Shown here: piece after piece, positions 28,243 to 31,387 of the stretch
Position numbering within the stretch: the first letter of the stretch is position 1
Layout of the letters: each line of letters starts with the position of its first letter
NCBI GenBank assembly: GCA_031414775.1
Contig: JANOQI010000029.1
Span: 1 to 31,387 of the forward strand
Reading direction: 5' to 3'
Length of the DNA stretch: 31,387 nt
Source: Synechococcales cyanobacterium VAR_4_metabat_354
Lineage (GTDB): Bacteria > Cyanobacteriota > Cyanobacteriia > Cyanobacteriales > Chamaesiphonaceae
Translations under genes and position numbers: made by a program
The notes under the pieces: generated by a model
The model's input: only the letters and a program-made list of their open reading frames with translations
What the model was told of the DNA's origin: nothing
The model's database searches: none

Positions 28243-29619
28243 ATGAAAGTACCACCAATTGGATACGTTGTAATTGCTGGCGTTAGTTTGTTCCTGGTAA
28301 CAAAAATGATTCCTGCAGCTAGTTCTGCATCAATCTGTGAAGTAGTCATCAATATTGAGAAAATCAGTTGTGGTGAAAAAATTCTTTTAGCCCCTCCAGG
28401 CGGCTTGTCCCGCCGCGATAAGCAAGCTGGCTTTGCTGCTATTCAGCAAAAAGATTATACTCAAGGGATTGATTTATTACAAAAAGATTGGGACTTAACG
28501 AAAGACCCTGAAACTTTAATCGCACTCAATAATGCAAAGCTTATAAAAAGTTCTGCTGCCAAGATTAAAACGATTGCAGTTGTCGTTCCTATTAGCCAAA
28601 CACCAGTATTTGTCGCCACCAGTATCCTTAAAGGTGTTGCTGAAGCACAACGAGAATGGAATCAATCTAATCATGAATGGAAGCTGAAAGTTGTTATTAC
28701 TGATGATAGCAATGATCCTGTCGAAGGAAAGAAAATGGCAAATGAATTGGTTAAATATCCAGATATTTTGGCTGTCCTTGGACATTATAGTTCTAATGTA
28801 ACTGTGAATGTTAAAGACATTTATCAACAAGCTAAAACTATTCTTTTGTCACCAACTAGTACGGCTAATGATTTGACTAGTACGGATGCCAATAACTTCT
28901 TTTTTCGAGTAGTGAGTAGTAACCAGGTAAGTACCAATGATATGTCAAGAAAGTGGGCTAAAAAGTATGATAAATTCGCTCTGTTTTATACTCCAAATAA
29001 AAAATTCAGTGAATCTTTGCGCAAGGCCTTCTCATCTCAAATTTCACCTGGTAGCATTGTCAAAGAATTTGATTTGACTAATCCTAGTAATGCGGCTCAA
29101 GAAATTGCTGTTGCTAAAGCTGCCGGAGCCAAAGCAATTGTCTTATTCCCTGATGCTTATACTGATCCGATCGAACGCGATCGAGTACTATCCATTATTA
29201 AAGCAAACCAAGGTCAATTGCCCATTCTTGCTGACTCGATGCTTCAGGATGCTTATTTGTTCCAGGTTAATCCGCAAGGGCTAAAAAACTTAGTAATCAG
29301 TGTCCCGATTCATCCTAGCGATCGACTGCATATTGATGAAGGTAAATTAAGTAAAAGTCCTAATTGGTGGGGAGATAAATCTCAGCTTCATGAACGAGTC
29401 ATTAATAGCTATGATGCGATGCAAGTTCTCCAGTCTGCTTTAGACCTAGCTAATGATCGAGAGGCTATTCAAAAAGTAATCAGCAATCCTAGCTTTAATG
29501 TGCGTGGAATTACTGGCAAAATCAGTTTTAAAGGTAGTAATCGAGCAGAAGAAATTAATAGTTTAATCACACCTAATTGTGATCTGAGAAAATGCGAAGG
29601 ATTCAAAGCAGCTTTCTGA
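28243..29619 (+). CDS. Stand-alone LivJ-type (branched-chain amino acid ABC-like) substrate-binding protein
   Basis: Signal/anchor N-terminus; ILKGVAEAQ, DDSNDP, VLGHYSS, LSPTSTA, FFRVVSS, GITGKISF; paralogous to the C-terminal half of the upstream gene. Confidence 0.85.
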   Translation: MKVPPIGYVVIAGVSLFLVTKMIPAASSASICEVVINIEKISCGEKILLAPPGGLSRRDKQAGFAAIQQKDYTQGIDLLQKDWDLTKDPETLIALNNAKLIKSSAAKIKTIAVVVPISQTPVFVATSILKGVAEAQREWNQSNHEWKLKVVITDDSNDPVEGKKMANELVKYPDILAVLGHYSSNVTVNVKDIYQQAKTILLSPTSTANDLTSTDANNFFFRVVSSNQVSTNDMSRKWAKKYDKFALFYTPNKKFSESLRKAFSSQISPGSIVKEFDLTNPSNAAQEIAVAKAAGAKAIVLFPDAYTDPIERDRVLSIIKANQGQLPILADSMLQDAYLFQVNPQGLKNLVISVPIHPSDRLHIDEGKLSKSPNWWGDKSQLHERVINSYDAMQVLQSALDLANDREAIQKVISNPSFNVRGITGKISFKGSNRAEEINSLITPNCDLRKCEGFKAAF

Positions 29620-29712
29620 ATTAATTTGCAAGTAATAGATAAGAGCAATCAGATAGGTGAATTGTTAGTATTTAACGATTCACTATTTACTAACTTAATA
29701 AAGGTGAGAAAT

Positions 29713-30420
29713 ATGAATAACTTAATTTCATGGCTAATGGGAGACACATTGGGTGGATTGATCATGAATGGTTGGAACTGGTTATGGCAAACACCTATTA
29801 AATCAACACCCAATGTAACAGCAGTAAATAAAAATAGTGATGATATTACTTTAGAACATGCTACTCAACTATTAGTATCAATTACGGCGAGAGTTTTAGA
29901 AATGCAAAAAGCTGTGGAGCGGGTGAGAGCTATTATGCATGAAATCAAGCGCCAATATGATATGAAATGCCAGCAACATCAAGAACTAGTTGCTATGGTA
30001 TTAGAATATAAACGTGTAGGAGAGATTGTCGAAGCCAGAATGGCAATGGCAAAAGCCATTGGGATCGAAAGAATTCTACCGGAGCTACAAGTTCGTTTAG
30101 AACATTCCCAAGAAATGCTGATTAGCATTAATGAATTGCATACCCAAGAACAATCTAAGTTATCCCTGTTAGAGATAGAAATGGAAACTATTAAGGCTTG
30201 TATGGCGATGAATGATTCGATGAGTGGTAGTCGAGATGCAGATAAATTTAATGATCTGAGTAATCTTCAAGATAAGTTCCGGAACGTCCAAACTGAAATA
30301 GAAGATCGTTACCAACAAGTGCAGATAATGAGTCAGTTCTCAAATCAATCTAGTTTTGGAGCACAAGAACCACTTAATATTCAAGATATTGACGAACGAA
30401 TTAAATCCCTTGGCAATTGA
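29713..30420 (+). CDS. PspA/IM30-like coiled-coil protein
   Basis: Long predicted coiled coil, EARMAMAKAIGIE motif, C-terminal DIDERIKSL. ATG 29713 follows an AAGGTGAG RBS (the ORF track starts at 29626). Confidence 0.68.
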   Translation: MNNLISWLMGDTLGGLIMNGWNWLWQTPIKSTPNVTAVNKNSDDITLEHATQLLVSITARVLEMQKAVERVRAIMHEIKRQYDMKCQQHQELVAMVLEYKRVGEIVEARMAMAKAIGIERILPELQVRLEHSQEMLISINELHTQEQSKLSLLEIEMETIKACMAMNDSMSGSRDADKFNDLSNLQDKFRNVQTEIEDRYQQVQIMSQFSNQSSFGAQEPLNIQDIDERIKSLGN

Positions 30421-30514
30421 AGATATATTTGGAGGTTGCTATTGTGACTATGTTTCAATTTCAACCTGCATTTTTTGCTATGGATTGTTTCCTATTCCTG
30501 TGCATGTATTTGCA

Positions 30515-31029
30515 TTAGTTTTTCTGGTTTGTCGGTGGTTGATCTATGATCACTTCGACAGGACGCAAAAGGTGTTCATCAATTTTAAATCCTTGCCTGA
30601 TTATTTTACTGATCGTAGGTGCTTGCACTTCTGGACTAATTTGTGTATCTACAATCTGACATAGATCCAGATCTGATTCTATATTAGTGATTTCTATTCT
30701 TTTTACCTGCTTTCTTCCTAGAGTTGCCAGAAGTTTGCTTTGAATAGTATCAAGTGATTTAGGTAAGCGCTTAATAACACGTTCGCTTAGTTCTTGATTA
30801 GTTTCAAAATAACAGATCAAAGACTCTAAAGCATCAAATATTTCTAGAAGTTCCAAAAATAACTGTTCATTGTCGGCGATATTTTTTATATCTTGATTTG
30901 CTAACGACTGTTGAAGAGATATTTTTCTTTCAATAAAAATTTTATTTGCTCGATGGTTTGTTGCTGTTGTTCTTGGCTAATAATCAGATTATATACTGAT
31001 GAAGATTGTTGTTGATGATTATGATTCAT
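30515..31029 (-). pseudogene. GrpE-like nucleotide exchange factor with a -1 frameshift
   Basis: The C-part has LFLELLEIFDALE and KIIRQGFKIDEHLLRPVEVII. The N-part from ATG 31029 (MNHNHQQ..IKFLLKEK) is one base out of frame, plausibly at the T5 run 30922-30926. Confidence 0.68.
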
Positions 31030-31032
31030 TAC

Positions 31033-31248
31033 TTATGCCTCCCAAACTAAGTTCGCTAATTCTTCATTACTTTTACCTTCCATATTTTCTTGATTTAATT
31101 TATCGATCTCTATCTGAATTAGTCGATTAATTTGTGCAGGATATAGTTCTTTTTGAGCTTGATCTTCGATCTGATCATCACTACCAAAATTTGAGAAACG
31201 AAAACGTTTAACTAATGGAATGATAGGACTTAGATAGTCTGCTATTAT
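31033..31248 (-). pseudogene. 3' remnant of an IS-interrupted gene, probably a small DnaJ-like protein
   Basis: IIADYLSPIIPLVKRFRFS begins exactly at the IS terminus with no native start. It resembles, from memory, the IIADYLRP segment of cyanobacterial J-like proteins found upstream of grpE-like genes. Confidence 0.5.
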
Positions 31249-31387
31249 CAATAGTCCGGACAGATTTATGGTGTCAAAGAACCGTACTGAAGAAGACTGG
31301 CGTAGTTGGGATGGGATTTAATCAAAGTCAGGTCAAGGTCTAACATGGAAATAAATCGCTCAAGTAAATGACGATTGAGTGCTTGTC
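31249..31387 (-). mobile_element. 3' end of a second copy of the IS4-like element
   Basis: Reverse complement of bases 1-139 with 5 mismatches; the transposase tail at 31266-31385 reads QALNRHLLERFISMLDLDLTLIKSHPNYASLLQYGSLTP*. Confidence 0.75.

Noticed and set aside
26400..29619. Branched-chain amino acid ABC transporter operon
   Set aside because: No permease or ATPase genes nearby, and one binding domain is fused to a protease.
30356..30664. 102-aa plus-strand ORF
   Set aside because: Overlaps both the PspA-like and grpE-like genes and has no motifs.
1..31387. Whole window as a composite transposon or linear replicon with terminal inverted repeats
   Set aside because: It carries essential chromosomal genes (rpmH, rnpA, yidC, ribF). 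The repeats are truncated transposase tails, best explained by assembly breaks.

Overview
A cyanobacterial chromosomal segment (frequent GCGATCGC/CGATCG HIP1-type palindromes, cyanobacterial-style rpmH-rnpA-PH-yidC-jag-yceD cluster), bounded at both ends by inverted 3' ends of the same IS4-like transposase. From left to right it holds exbB/exbD and a TonB-like gene, a Pho-box-preceded pstSCAB operon plus an SNase-like nuclease, GST, MoxR, ribF, a modular calpain-like protein, a glycosyltransferase, the yidC cluster and rsmB. The most interesting part is about 21.2-30.4 kb: an atypical sigma-70-like factor, a DUF1822 protein, a CHAT (caspase-like) protease fused through one TM helix to a periplasmic binding domain, a stand-alone paralog of that binding domain, and flanking SPFH and PspA-like genes. 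Four of these genes share an upstream motif TGCATA-N16/17-YCAAYTA that looks like the cognate promoter. I infer a ligand-triggered, protease-gated sigma cascade controlling membrane-stress genes. The right end carries an IS-disrupted DnaJ-like remnant and a frameshifted grpE-like gene. All family assignments come from motif recognition by eye; no database searches were run.
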